Shown here: piece after piece, positions 44,465 through 54,741 of the stretch
How positions within the stretch are numbered: position 1 is the stretch's first letter
Layout: each line of letters begins with the position of its first letter
IMG/VR virus record: IMGVR_UViG_3300042451_000960
Reading direction: 5' to 3' (one strand)
DNA length: 64,000 bases
Origin: a virus
Taxonomy: Duplodnaviria > Caudoviricetes
Notes under the pieces: generated by a model
The model's database searches: none
Told to the model about the DNA's origin: nothing
Seen by the model: the letters and a program-made list of their open reading frames with translations, nothing else
Position numbers and translations under genes: made by a program

Positions 44465-45406
44465 TTATGTATCAAAACGGATAATGAAGTTTATTGGATA
44501 ATCCGGTAAAGATTTGATTGGTTGTGGTAACTTTGCCACTGCAACCATATTTAATTCGTTATCATATAAACCTATTGTTGTGATATAAGGAGCTAAATAG
44601 GAGCCTGTTGGGTCTATTGAGCTACTAAACTCATAATCATCAAAACTACCATATTTTGATGGAATCAATTTTGATTGAATTGGGTATTTTGAATTTCTTA
44701 CCCATTTGATACCAGGATCATAAAACGATGATGTAACTAAATCATTTATCTTTGTATTACCCGGTCTATTAATAATAGTTGAAATTTTTGTACCACCATC
44801 TTCATAAACAGCTGTTGGATTTTGTGAAAAATTAAATTCATTTTCTAATACTGAAATAAAGATTTCATTTTCAAATATAGTTTTTGTTGAACGGAAATCT
44901 AAAGTAAAGTTTCCCAAAACAGAACCACTATTAATATCCTTTGTTATCACGACAAGTCCTCTATCATAAAATATATTTCCTTTAACATTACTTGCAGAAT
45001 CTATTAAATTTGAATACCCATCATCTGTGTAAGTTCTACCTATTGTATCATCTCTTAATGTTACAGTTTGTGGTTTAATTCCTTCACCATAATAAATTTG
45101 AGGAATTGAAAATACTGCAAATTCATCTTCTAAAACTCTTTCATAAGTTGATGCATAAGATTTTCTCCTACCAACTTCAGTAAGAACCGAAGCGGTTGCT
45201 GAATTTGTGTAGAATTGTGCTCTTACAGAATTATATAGACTTAGTTTTGAAATTCCTTGACTCTTAGGGTCATTTTCATCATCAAATGCGCCCAAAGAAG
45301 AACTCATAGCAAATATAGGAGAAATATCATTTTCATCTAATCTCCATTCTTTATAGACCTTTATAGGTCTAACAACCACATCGGATTTTGGAATTTCCTT
45401 AATCAT
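44465..45406 (-). CDS. Baseplate/tail-fibre attachment protein, paralog of 45487..46728
   Basis: C-terminal YITTIGLYDNELNMVAVAKLPQPIK; NEFNFSQNPT. Confidence 0.6.
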   Translation of the reverse strand: MIKEIPKSDVVVRPIKVYKEWRLDENDISPIFAMSSSLGAFDDENDPKSQGISKLSLYNSVRAQFYTNSATASVLTEVGRRKSYASTYERVLEDEFAVFSIPQIYYGEGIKPQTVTLRDDTIGRTYTDDGYSNLIDSASNVKGNIFYDRGLVVITKDINSGSVLGNFTLDFRSTKTIFENEIFISVLENEFNFSQNPTAVYEDGGTKISTIINRPGNTKINDLVTSSFYDPGIKWVRNSKYPIQSKLIPSKYGSFDDYEFSSSIDPTGSYLAPYITTIGLYDNELNMVAVAKLPQPIKSLPDYPINFIIRFDT

Positions 45407-45423
45407 TTAATTTTCCAATTTTA

Positions 45424-45432
45424 TATAAATAT
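45424..45432 (-). promoter_or_regulatory. Late-promoter-like motif ATATTTATA
   Basis: 18 nt upstream of ATG 45406, just after a terminator. Confidence 0.6.
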
Positions 45433-45441
45433 TTCTTAAAT

Positions 45442-45463
45442 GAAAAACCCCCTTTCGGGGGTT
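45442..45463 (-). terminator. Rho-independent terminator
   Basis: Minus strand AACCCCC-GAAA-GGGGGTT-TTT. Confidence 0.85.
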
Positions 45464-45486
45464 CTCCTATTTGAGTTTAAATTTTA

Positions 45487-46728
45487 TTAGAATGATAATT
45501 TAACTTTAATTAGTACTTCTTTATCAAATGATTTTGGAATTGGTTGAGAAGTTTTTGCAACTGCAATCAATTCGTTTGCATCGTTTAATAAACCTACAGT
45601 TGTAATGTAAGTTTGAGGGTCCGATTCAAATGTACCTTCTACAAAGAAACCATCTGCATCAACATAAGTTGGGTTGTTAGAATAGTTAAACTCTCTATTT
45701 GTTGCTCTTACGAAGAAATGTTGTGTTGATACATTTTCAGTTCTTCTTGCTTCAAAATCTTTACCATTCTTTATTGCGTAATAGATTCTTTTATGATTGT
45801 ATTGCTCAGCTGCAGTTGAAATACTACCACTAGCATTTCCAACATTATCAAATGTTTCAGTCCATACGTTACCAACAACAGAACCAATCGCTTTAGCGTT
45901 AAGAACAATAATACCTCTATCAGGATAGAAAGTACCATATCCTTCATTGGTTGCTGGTTTACCTACTGCTAAATCAGTAGCTGTATCTGCTTCGTTTTTA
46001 ATGGTTGCGTCTGATTGTGTTCCTAAATTAAGTGAACCAGAAACTACTTTAAATTCTCTACCACTTAATCCTAAATCATCACCAAATTTCTTTCCACTAT
46101 TATCAATGAAAGTAAATAAACCATTAGAACCAGATAGTTTTAATGACCAGTTACCAGCATCCATTTTTTCTCTATAACGTCCTCTAGCTACATTAATTGC
46201 ATAGATTCCATTACAATCTGTTGAAATACCAGATGAATTTTCAAATGAAAATTTGGTATCCGTTGGGTCTAACAACATAGAACGATATTGTGCATATGTT
46301 GCTTTTGAAGATAATAATGCATTATCATCAGTTGCTAAATCTACCGAACCACTTCCATCAACATGTCCGTATGCAACTGCATACTGTATTTCTGCTGATG
46401 AATCCGTTGTTGGACTTGTACTATAAACATTATAATAATATTGTCCGCTTGTAGCTGCTACTTGCGTAGATGAAGTGAAGAATGAAATTAAAGAACCCGA
46501 ATCATTAGTCCACAATCCAGTTGTTACAACTTCTACTTTTGCGTTTACCTTGTCAAAATCGCCAAATCTTTTATAGATACCAGTTGTTACGCCAGAACCA
46601 ACAGCAATTTGTTGACCTGCTGGTAAAACAGAATTTAAAATTGAAACGAGTTGATTCGAATCAATTGTGCCCGTATTAGCTAAATCTCTAATTTGGGCGG
46701 TTATATTAGGGTCATTAATTAGTGCCAT
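45487..46728 (-). CDS. Baseplate/tail-fibre attachment protein
   Basis: C-terminal YITTVGLLNDANELIAVAKTSQPIPK resembling the second half of P2 gpH-type (DUF3751) anchors; REFNYSNNPT. Confidence 0.6.
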   Translation of the reverse strand: MALINDPNITAQIRDLANTGTIDSNQLVSILNSVLPAGQQIAVGSGVTTGIYKRFGDFDKVNAKVEVVTTGLWTNDSGSLISFFTSSTQVAATSGQYYYNVYSTSPTTDSSAEIQYAVAYGHVDGSGSVDLATDDNALLSSKATYAQYRSMLLDPTDTKFSFENSSGISTDCNGIYAINVARGRYREKMDAGNWSLKLSGSNGLFTFIDNSGKKFGDDLGLSGREFKVVSGSLNLGTQSDATIKNEADTATDLAVGKPATNEGYGTFYPDRGIIVLNAKAIGSVVGNVWTETFDNVGNASGSISTAAEQYNHKRIYYAIKNGKDFEARRTENVSTQHFFVRATNREFNYSNNPTYVDADGFFVEGTFESDPQTYITTVGLLNDANELIAVAKTSQPIPKSFDKEVLIKVKLSF

Positions 46729-46741
46729 TTTCTATGTCTTT

Positions 46742-47365
46742 TTATGCTTTATAAGTTACGGTTACAGGTATAGTTTGAGAACCTCCAGTTTCATTACCAT
46801 ACACAGTAAGAGTTGTTGCAATATCAATTGTTAAATTTGGATTTGGAGTAAATCTAAATTCTAAACCACTAACAACTTGTGCAGTTGTTGTAATTTCTTC
46901 ACCCAAAAATACCGGAACAGTTCCAGTTGATGTTGCTCCTCTTGTTACAGTAAGAGTACCTGCTCTTTGGTCTGCTAACACCACAGTATAACCTGCGTTT
47001 GTATTTCCAGCAGGAGATGTTGTTGGTGAAAGTGCCACCCCACCTTCAGTTTGGTTTACAGCGATTGAAGGTACACCCAATCTTACAGTTGGGATTTGAG
47101 TTGTTCCTTTAGGAAGTGTTACTAATTTATATCTCAATACTTGAGTTTCATCAGGTGATGCTTCCGTAACAGGAATGTTTCTAATTGCTGAATCATAATA
47201 AGCCGAACCCTTTGGGTGTGCCGGCTCATAAAGTGTGTAATCAATTTCATCATCACCCAATGCGAATTTTGTGATGTTAAGAGATTGACCGGATGCTAAT
47301 TTTTCTCTACCTTTTTTGGTAAGAACCGCATCTACAGTAATTTCGGTATTATCTAAATATGCCAT
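46742..47365 (-). CDS. Baseplate/tail-fibre attachment protein
   Basis: AVLTKKGREKLA.....ITKFALGD resembling the first half of P2 gpH-type (DUF3751) anchors. Confidence 0.6.
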   Translation of the reverse strand: MAYLDNTEITVDAVLTKKGREKLASGQSLNITKFALGDDEIDYTLYEPAHPKGSAYYDSAIRNIPVTEASPDETQVLRYKLVTLPKGTTQIPTVRLGVPSIAVNQTEGGVALSPTTSPAGNTNAGYTVVLADQRAGTLTVTRGATSTGTVPVFLGEEITTTAQVVSGLEFRFTPNPNLTIDIATTLTVYGNETGGSQTIPVTVTYKA

Positions 47366-47394
47366 TTGATATTGTTTTTATGCTTTTTATCTAA

Positions 47395-47403
47395 AATAAA
47401 TAT
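47395..47403 (-). promoter_or_regulatory. Late-promoter-like motif ATATTTATT
   Basis: 30 nt upstream of ATG 47365. Confidence 0.55.
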
Positions 47404-47424
47404 AACCATTTAGTATTTTCAATT

Positions 47425-50400
47425 CTAATCAACTTCCAATATTGGTTCACCACTACCTCTACCAGTCTTAGCAACTCTAAGAATGTTAGGATTAGTTGTA
47501 AATGTTTCTACCGGAGATAACCCATCAGGTGTAGTTGTTGCAGTTTGTTGAGAACCTTTCCAATAAGTACGTTGCATTCCCTCTGATAAATTATTTGTAT
47601 AACGATAGTGTGTTGGGAAATATCCATTTAAAGCTGTTACTTGTACTACATTATTTCCTACCGCAATACTTCCACTAAAAGGAAGTTGAGAAATTCTATA
47701 TTTATATTTTGTAACTGAAACGTTTTGGTAAACTACTTGGTCACCCAATTGAGCTCCATTTACAGGCCATCCGGCAACTTGAGTTGAAACATTTTCTACA
47801 TAACTTTCTTTAACTAAGAATACACTTTGTCTACTTCCAGTCAATTGAAAGTTCCCAAATACCCCATCAAAAGGTCTTACCAATGCATTACCATCTTTTG
47901 CATATAAACCAAATCCAGAATTTGCCAAAGAATCCTTTTCCATACCAATTTGAACAGATTTAAAAGAATCGGCTTGACCTGTAAGTGTTGCTCCATTTGG
48001 TGCTTCTATTTCAACATCATAAAAAGGAGCAGTTGCTTCTATTATTTCTGTTGTATCATATTCAATAAGTGTATCGTAATTTGGATTGGTTACATCTAAT
48101 ACACATAAATTTTCATTTTCAATTAATGCATCATAGTTTGGTAATTCTCCAACTAAATTTGTAGTATCATTTGTAACAATGTTCATTTCTTCAACATTAT
48201 AAGTTGATTCTATTTCATTGTTTTCATCTATGTTTATAATTGTATCGTAATCACCTCTAACAGAAGTTGGCTTATCCCATCTTACTTTACTTCTTTCTAA
48301 AAAGTGAGGTTCAATAAGTAAACCTTTTGAAATTTTAGCTCTAGCCGGTGCCAAATCTGCTAAAACATCAAACAAAGATTTATCAACATACTTTACCAAT
48401 TGAATATATTCATAAATGTTTCTATCCAATCTTTCAAAATAGTAATTTCTAAGAGTTTCCAATTCTTTATAAGAATCTTTATATTCATCCGCAGGATTAC
48501 CTATGTAATTATCAATATTAAAATCTCCAAATGTTTTAAGAATATCCATATTCAACTCTTTCATAGGAGAGAAGAATAATCCCAATCTATTGGAATCTAT
48601 TGGAGCTTGGTCAAATGATTTTTTAGTTGCTCTTACTTTATATGAAAGGTCAGTAACTAAAGAAGCAGATTCAAATCTAATTTTATTTGAATAACTTAAT
48701 CCTGTTGAAGGAACAGTAGCTGTTACTGTTCTATCATATGGAATATATTGATAAGGATATGAAGATGCTGAATAGAATTTACTTGCCGTTGCGTAATTTT
48801 CTGCGTATAATGTACTAATTGATACATTTTTAATACTATTATCAGCGGTTCTATCTTTTGGATATTCAAAATCTAAACGGAACATTAAATCTGATGTAGA
48901 TGCTGTGTATGAATTACCATTTGTTGCATCTGGAAATAATGTGTGGTTTTCAAACTTTGAAGTTTGTAATGGTACTTTCCATAATCTAACTTCATCCAAT
49001 GCTCCAGTATAATCATTTCCTATTGTAAGTACAGACCCACTCTCCCAAGGACCAGGCTCAGAAAGAAGTGACATACTTACATATGTTGTAATTCTTGTAC
49101 CATTTGAAGTTGCAAATAATACTTCATATAAACTCCCACCACCATATTGATGTCTATTTACTAAAATATTACTGTAGTGCTCTGTTGATAATGGGAAATC
49201 CAAACTTCCCGTTCCAGTTTCTGGCGGTAAAACATATATTGTATATGTTGGGTCATTATAATAAGATGCTGTAAAGTATGGTTGAGCCGTTACACTACTA
49301 CCTACACTAAATCCAAGTTTTACAAATGAGCCCGTTGTTTGTTCTAAAGTAATTGAACATTCTCCAAACGTAGCTAATGTAGTATTTTTTACAACATCAG
49401 GTTTTATTCTAAATTCTACAGCGTCAGGATAATGAATTGTTGAAGGTATAACTTTCCAAGGTATTTGAACTAAAGAACCAGACTTCATTTGTATTGCCGC
49501 AGTCCTATCATCAAATGTAAATTTAGTAGAACCACCCTTAGTTGGGTCTTGAGGTCCACCAAACTCCATTATTGTCAACATAGATTGAGGTACGCCATAA
49601 CAAGCCATAATAGCTTTCATAGCTCTACCAGTTCCCTTATGCTTTAATAGATAAGGTAAGTTATTTAATATTCTTCTCCAAACTTCATTATTAGCATCTT
49701 CTAAAGGTCTATCATATTTTTTAGTACCATCTTTATATTGTCCAAATACATACTCCCAAAGGAATTGTGAATCAAAAGCTCGTTTACCTTCCCAACCTAA
49801 AGATTGTAAAAGATGATAAACCATATTATTAGCTACACCATCAAATTGTTTATTTTCAACTAACTTTGTTTTATTTATACCATTTATATAAGACCAAATA
49901 ACATCAAAGTGCTGACCAATCATATCTAAGAAAAGAATAAAATCTTCATTGTTATAATCTTCTCTAATATGTTCTGGTAAATTATTTACTAAATAGTTTA
50001 CATTGTACTTATCATATTCTGCGGATAAATCAATTGCTGTGTCATACCAATTTTCTACTGTTGGATTTGTTGATGATAGTAATATTCCATTTACTTTTGG
50101 ATATGATAACGATGATGAAACGTCTGTATATAAAAAGTTTTCAAGTCCATCAAATCCTCTTTTAACTTCAGATACTTTTTGTTGAACTTTATTTGCTTCG
50201 TTTACTACGTTAATAGATGATGTCCATGCACTACCAGAAGATAATTCATTATACTTTGATTCATAAGTTTCTATCAATTGAACTTTGTAGAAGAAGTTTT
50301 TAAATCTTTCTTCTGCAGAACCAAAATGTGAAAAGTTTTCAAAGGAATAAACTGAACCACTTGTGTATTGAATATTTAAATTTGTGGTATCAATATTATT

Positions 50401-52461
50401 TGATGCTGCATATCGTAATACTAAATCGTTTGATGTGGCAGAACCACTAGCTACCAACTCATCAAATACTTTAAATCCAATTCCATTATCAGGAAGTAAA
50501 TTAAAATTAGGCCCTTTTAATGGTGGGCAATATGCACTTTCTTTTCCAACAATTGTTACTGTTTCAATTATTGGATTTGATTGAATTTTTGAAATCCAAA
50601 CTTGCTGATTTGGTTGGATTGCTGTTGGTATTGGTTCATATAATTTTACAATTAAAGAATCTAAACTACCTGTCCAAGTTGTAATAACTTTATTATCACC
50701 ATCTCCTAAATGTAAAAGATGCGTTAAATACTTTGATGTTTCTTGTTCAAATACAGTATCATCAAATTGAGAAGTAAATCCTTCTAAAATTCTATTTAAA
50801 ACTAAATTTCTTGGTAATATTGTTTTACCAGTTTCTAATTTTATTGTTATAAATTCAGCTTTTCCCTCAACTACTTCATTACCACTTGAATTATATGGTA
50901 TTAATTTAAGGGTAAGTGATATTATATTTTCATTTGTATTTTTAGATTGAGTTGAACTTATATTTTCATTTGCTAAGTTTAATAATTGTTGAAAATTAAG
51001 ATTTACTTTACCTACTTTATTAACTTGTGTATATAATCCGTTCTCACCATTAAAAATTCTTACATAATCAGTATTAATACTTTCCCAACTTATTTGAAAA
51101 TCTACATTTGTGCCAACATTATCCGCACCTTTTATTATAGATGGATATACAATATTTCTAATATCCGGTACACCAACATAAACCGCATCAATTACTTTTA
51201 CAGTTACATCTTTTGAATCACCATCACCAGCAATATTTGATGGCACAATTACTACTCTATAATTTCCAACTCGTTCAAAAGCAGCTGATGGTATTACAAT
51301 AACAGCTGTTTTTTCGCTTTCTAGTATTTCAAACTTATATGAGTTAGTACCAACATATGCAGTTACATATGATACATTTCTAATAATTTCAATATAAACT
51401 GGAACTCCAGAATTTGAGTTTATATTATATTCTCTTGCTTCATTATTTGTTACATTAATTAAAGGCGATGCTACAAATCCTTTATTTATTTCTATTGATT
51501 TTATATCAATAGAATAGTCACCATCCAATTTAATAGAAGTTTTTAAACTCTCATCTTGCCCTGCTTCTAAAGGTGCAATTCTGGTAGTTGTGGATGCTAT
51601 GTTTATATTTGTAACTCTAAATGATAATGTATCTGCTGTTTGAATTGATATTGTATCGCCGGCGTAAAATTCTAAAACGTTACTACCATTTTTAAGAGAT
51701 ATAGTATCAATATTATTTTTTATAATTTCTACCGAATTATCAGGACCATCTAAAGTTATAGGTAACTGACTTATTGGTAATGGTTCTCGAACAATTACAG
51801 AAGGTACTAATTCAAATGTTATATTTTGAGTTTGGTCAGATAATTCATATGGAAAACTTTGAATAATATCATCAACATAATATTCAATTTTTATCCTATA
51901 AAATTTTTCATTAGAATAAACGTTTTGAAATGGAGCTGCTATTTTTTGTAAATCATAATAATTTGAATATCCATATAGCGAAGAACCTAAACCTAAATCA
52001 ATATTAATAGTACTCTTTTCAAAATAAGAATTAAAATATGGATTTTGAATTACAGAAAATACATATTTTTGAGTTGTTTTAAATCCATCTTTGGATATTG
52101 TAATCGTTTTATATCCCGTAGGGCTTTTTAATATTGAATTAACATCTATATTGATTGCGTCTGGTGTAATTCTAAAAGTATTTTCACCATCAATTAATAT
52201 ATTTGCAGATTCAATATTTGATTTTACATAAATTATGTAGTTTATATTGTCAACTGCAGTTCCGTAATTTGGTAGATTTATATCTTTTGGTATTGTAGGT
52301 TCTACTGGCGTTTCTATACCAGACTTCACACCCACTGGCATACCAAATGTTGGTTTAGTTGATATATCTGTATTAGCATCATAAATGACACTGCCACCAC
52401 CGCCACCTTCAATAGTACCGGTTAATGTTAAATCAATTGTATTTTCTGAAAACACTGCCAT
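47425..52461 (-). CDS. Large baseplate wedge subunit (gp7/gpI-like) with LamG-like domain
   Basis: LPEHIRED...FILFLDMIGQHFD and LLKHKGT.RAMK wedge motifs; VEFRIK...GALDEVRLW LamG-like pattern; follows gp6 cluster. Confidence 0.7.
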   Translation of the reverse strand: MAVFSENTIDLTLTGTIEGGGGGSVIYDANTDISTKPTFGMPVGVKSGIETPVEPTIPKDINLPNYGTAVDNINYIIYVKSNIESANILIDGENTFRITPDAINIDVNSILKSPTGYKTITISKDGFKTTQKYVFSVIQNPYFNSYFEKSTINIDLGLGSSLYGYSNYYDLQKIAAPFQNVYSNEKFYRIKIEYYVDDIIQSFPYELSDQTQNITFELVPSVIVREPLPISQLPITLDGPDNSVEIIKNNIDTISLKNGSNVLEFYAGDTISIQTADTLSFRVTNINIASTTTRIAPLEAGQDESLKTSIKLDGDYSIDIKSIEINKGFVASPLINVTNNEAREYNINSNSGVPVYIEIIRNVSYVTAYVGTNSYKFEILESEKTAVIVIPSAAFERVGNYRVVIVPSNIAGDGDSKDVTVKVIDAVYVGVPDIRNIVYPSIIKGADNVGTNVDFQISWESINTDYVRIFNGENGLYTQVNKVGKVNLNFQQLLNLANENISSTQSKNTNENIISLTLKLIPYNSSGNEVVEGKAEFITIKLETGKTILPRNLVLNRILEGFTSQFDDTVFEQETSKYLTHLLHLGDGDNKVITTWTGSLDSLIVKLYEPIPTAIQPNQQVWISKIQSNPIIETVTIVGKESAYCPPLKGPNFNLLPDNGIGFKVFDELVASGSATSNDLVLRYAASNNIDTTNLNIQYTSGSVYSFENFSHFGSAEERFKNFFYKVQLIETYESKYNELSSGSAWTSSINVVNEANKVQQKVSEVKRGFDGLENFLYTDVSSSLSYPKVNGILLSSTNPTVENWYDTAIDLSAEYDKYNVNYLVNNLPEHIREDYNNEDFILFLDMIGQHFDVIWSYINGINKTKLVENKQFDGVANNMVYHLLQSLGWEGKRAFDSQFLWEYVFGQYKDGTKKYDRPLEDANNEVWRRILNNLPYLLKHKGTGRAMKAIMACYGVPQSMLTIMEFGGPQDPTKGGSTKFTFDDRTAAIQMKSGSLVQIPWKVIPSTIHYPDAVEFRIKPDVVKNTTLATFGECSITLEQTTGSFVKLGFSVGSSVTAQPYFTASYYNDPTYTIYVLPPETGTGSLDFPLSTEHYSNILVNRHQYGGGSLYEVLFATSNGTRITTYVSMSLLSEPGPWESGSVLTIGNDYTGALDEVRLWKVPLQTSKFENHTLFPDATNGNSYTASTSDLMFRLDFEYPKDRTADNSIKNVSISTLYAENYATASKFYSASSYPYQYIPYDRTVTATVPSTGLSYSNKIRFESASLVTDLSYKVRATKKSFDQAPIDSNRLGLFFSPMKELNMDILKTFGDFNIDNYIGNPADEYKDSYKELETLRNYYFERLDRNIYEYIQLVKYVDKSLFDVLADLAPARAKISKGLLIEPHFLERSKVRWDKPTSVRGDYDTIINIDENNEIESTYNVEEMNIVTNDTTNLVGELPNYDALIENENLCVLDVTNPNYDTLIEYDTTEIIEATAPFYDVEIEAPNGATLTGQADSFKSVQIGMEKDSLANSGFGLYAKDGNALVRPFDGVFGNFQLTGSRQSVFLVKESYVENVSTQVAGWPVNGAQLGDQVVYQNVSVTKYKYRISQLPFSGSIAVGNNVVQVTALNGYFPTHYRYTNNLSEGMQRTYWKGSQQTATTTPDGLSPVETFTTNPNILRVAKTGRGSGEPILEVD

Positions 52462-52466
52462 CTTTT

Positions 52467-52475
52467 AATAAATAC
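52467..52475 (-). promoter_or_regulatory. Late-promoter-like variant GTATTTATT
   Basis: Only 6 nt upstream of ATG 52461; weaker candidate. Confidence 0.3.
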
Positions 52476-52477
52476 TT

Positions 52478-53719
52478 TTATTGTATATTTTCTCTTTGAC
52501 TACTTTCTCTTACAAAAACCTGTTCTCTACCATAACCTGTTCCAAAATCTCTTTCAATAAATCCACCACCGCCGCCGAATCCGCCACCGCCGCCTCCACG
52601 TGGTGTTTCAATTGGTGTTTCAATTGGTGTTTCTATAACCGGTTCTTTAATTGGTGGGGGATTATCTATTATAATTGGAATTTCCTTTTTTATTTGTTTT
52701 TTTAATTCTAATGTTTCTTGCTTTTCAATTGGTTTTTGCAATTCTGCTTTAACTACCAATGGTTCTTTTGTTTCAAACATCGTATCAGCTGTTTTTGTTT
52801 GTAAAACATCAGATACCAAATCCATACTTTCTTCAGTTGCTATTTCGAAATCAGACTTATTGTTAATATCAGGAATTATTAAATAAAAGTTTATAGAAGT
52901 TATTAATAATTGAGTACATTTATTATTTATTTCGGATTTTGATAATTTTAAAGGTGATGGGTTTGGTTTTAATTTTCCATACAATAATGAATTAATATCG
53001 GAATATCTATTTGTAAATTCAAAAATTGCTGATTCTAAAAATTTACTATAAACTCTATTACAAAATTCATCTATATTTGTAATTCTATAATCACTTTGCA
53101 TTTTTTGAGTCCATGCATCTGAATATTTGTTTGTTAAAAATGTATCAATTACAGATGGATTAATTTTTTCCAAAAATGATAAAGCTGATTGTATTGTATC
53201 ATCTCTAAATTCCTCATCTGAAACAAATAGTTTAAATCTTTCATCCAATTGATAACTTTGATTTGTTGGTTTTTTTAAAGGAAATAATCTTAATTCAGTT
53301 CTTGATGGCGATATTTCTGAAATCCACATTTTATTATCTCTTTCAAATCCACCAACCCTTCTGTTTATTAGATTAATTTGAGTTTTAAAAATACCATTAT
53401 CAAACCCGCCTTCATTAAGTAATCTTTCTATATCTACAAAATATTCTTTTGGAAAATTAAGAGCTTGAAATTGTGTACCATCTGGTAATAAAATATAATC
53501 TCTTATATTTTGATTGTTTAGTTGAATATATCTAACTAATCCAATATTAGCTTGTTCTAATTGATTATCATTAGCATCATAAACAATAAATTCAATCATA
53601 TCACCTTCACCAAATCCAAAGAATGAAGCATAATCACCTTCTTCAAAAATTTTTCTATCTTTTGAATTTATAAAGTAAGCTTTATTATCAATAATATCTT
53701 TAAAGTTTCTCAATGCCAT
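52478..53719 (-). CDS. Hypothetical baseplate-cluster protein
   Basis: 413 aa; WISEISPSRTELRL motif; low-complexity PIETP/GGGG tail. Confidence 0.7.
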   Translation of the reverse strand: MALRNFKDIIDNKAYFINSKDRKIFEEGDYASFFGFGEGDMIEFIVYDANDNQLEQANIGLVRYIQLNNQNIRDYILLPDGTQFQALNFPKEYFVDIERLLNEGGFDNGIFKTQINLINRRVGGFERDNKMWISEISPSRTELRLFPLKKPTNQSYQLDERFKLFVSDEEFRDDTIQSALSFLEKINPSVIDTFLTNKYSDAWTQKMQSDYRITNIDEFCNRVYSKFLESAIFEFTNRYSDINSLLYGKLKPNPSPLKLSKSEINNKCTQLLITSINFYLIIPDINNKSDFEIATEESMDLVSDVLQTKTADTMFETKEPLVVKAELQKPIEKQETLELKKQIKKEIPIIIDNPPPIKEPVIETPIETPIETPRGGGGGGFGGGGGFIERDFGTGYGREQVFVRESSQRENIQ

Positions 53720-53725
53720 ATTTTA

Positions 53726-54739
53726 TTATCCCCATTTATCTCCACGCATTTTTTGTAATGCAACTGGAATGTTAACTGTTCCCTTTGATGATTTAACAAT
53801 TATATTACCCTTATATTCTTTATCTCCAATAAATCCAAATCCATTTTTAGGAGCATAATCTTTAATTTTACCATCAATAGTTTTAAGAGTTATATTTTTT
53901 TCTTCATTTGATGCTAATGTTAAGGATGGTATAGAATTAAATATACCAGATATTTCACCATCTTGTGCAAACGTAATAGTAACGCTATCTTTTGTGAAAT
54001 TTTTAATATTAATTTCAGGACCATTAATCCAAGTTCCTCTGCCATTATCCTTTGCTCTAGCTCTAAATGTTAAATCCGCATATTGTGCTTCTGCTTTATT
54101 TACAACTTTAACTGCAAAATCATCTGTTACTTTTGCCCCTTCGTCTTTTGATGCTTGCTTACCAAATAATTGTTCTCTTAATGTTGCGTTTTCAGATTCT
54201 AATGCTCTAGTTAAAGCAGTAAGTGAAACTCTTTGTATTGCTTCAGCTGTTGCTTTTTGTATTGCATTTTGTAAATCAACTACAGAAGATTGAACTTTAT
54301 TTGTAGATTGAAACGATTGATTTTGAGAAGATGCAACTACTAAATCTTTTGCATCCAAATCTACTCGTAAACTCTGAGAAATTATTTCTAATTCTTTTAC
54401 TTTACCAGTTAAATCTAAAATATTTCCATTTAATCGTTCAACTTCTGCTGTTAAATCAATTACAGATTGTGTTACTGGATTATATATACTTCTTAATACT
54501 GTATCAGGTAGTGGTGGTGCTTCTATTGGAATTAATTCTACAATATTTGTATCTATTGATTTAATTAATTCTACTTTATTATATTTTGGTTTAGTTAGTT
54601 TACCAAATATAATACCATCATCATCATTTGAAGCACTAAAAATATGTACGCCGTATTCGTTTTTAGATTTAATACTCAACGAACCGGATACAATTATGTC
54701 TTGAACTTTAACTTCGTTTTTAAGTCCTGCTTTTACCAT
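53726..54739 (-). CDS. Hypothetical baseplate-cluster protein with coiled coil
   Basis: 337 aa; central heptad region, C-terminal beta-rich domain. Confidence 0.7.
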   Translation of the reverse strand: MVKAGLKNEVKVQDIIVSGSLSIKSKNEYGVHIFSASNDDDGIIFGKLTKPKYNKVELIKSIDTNIVELIPIEAPPLPDTVLRSIYNPVTQSVIDLTAEVERLNGNILDLTGKVKELEIISQSLRVDLDAKDLVVASSQNQSFQSTNKVQSSVVDLQNAIQKATAEAIQRVSLTALTRALESENATLREQLFGKQASKDEGAKVTDDFAVKVVNKAEAQYADLTFRARAKDNGRGTWINGPEINIKNFTKDSVTITFAQDGEISGIFNSIPSLTLASNEEKNITLKTIDGKIKDYAPKNGFGFIGDKEYKGNIIVKSSKGTVNIPVALQKMRGDKWG

Positions 54740-54741
54740 TT

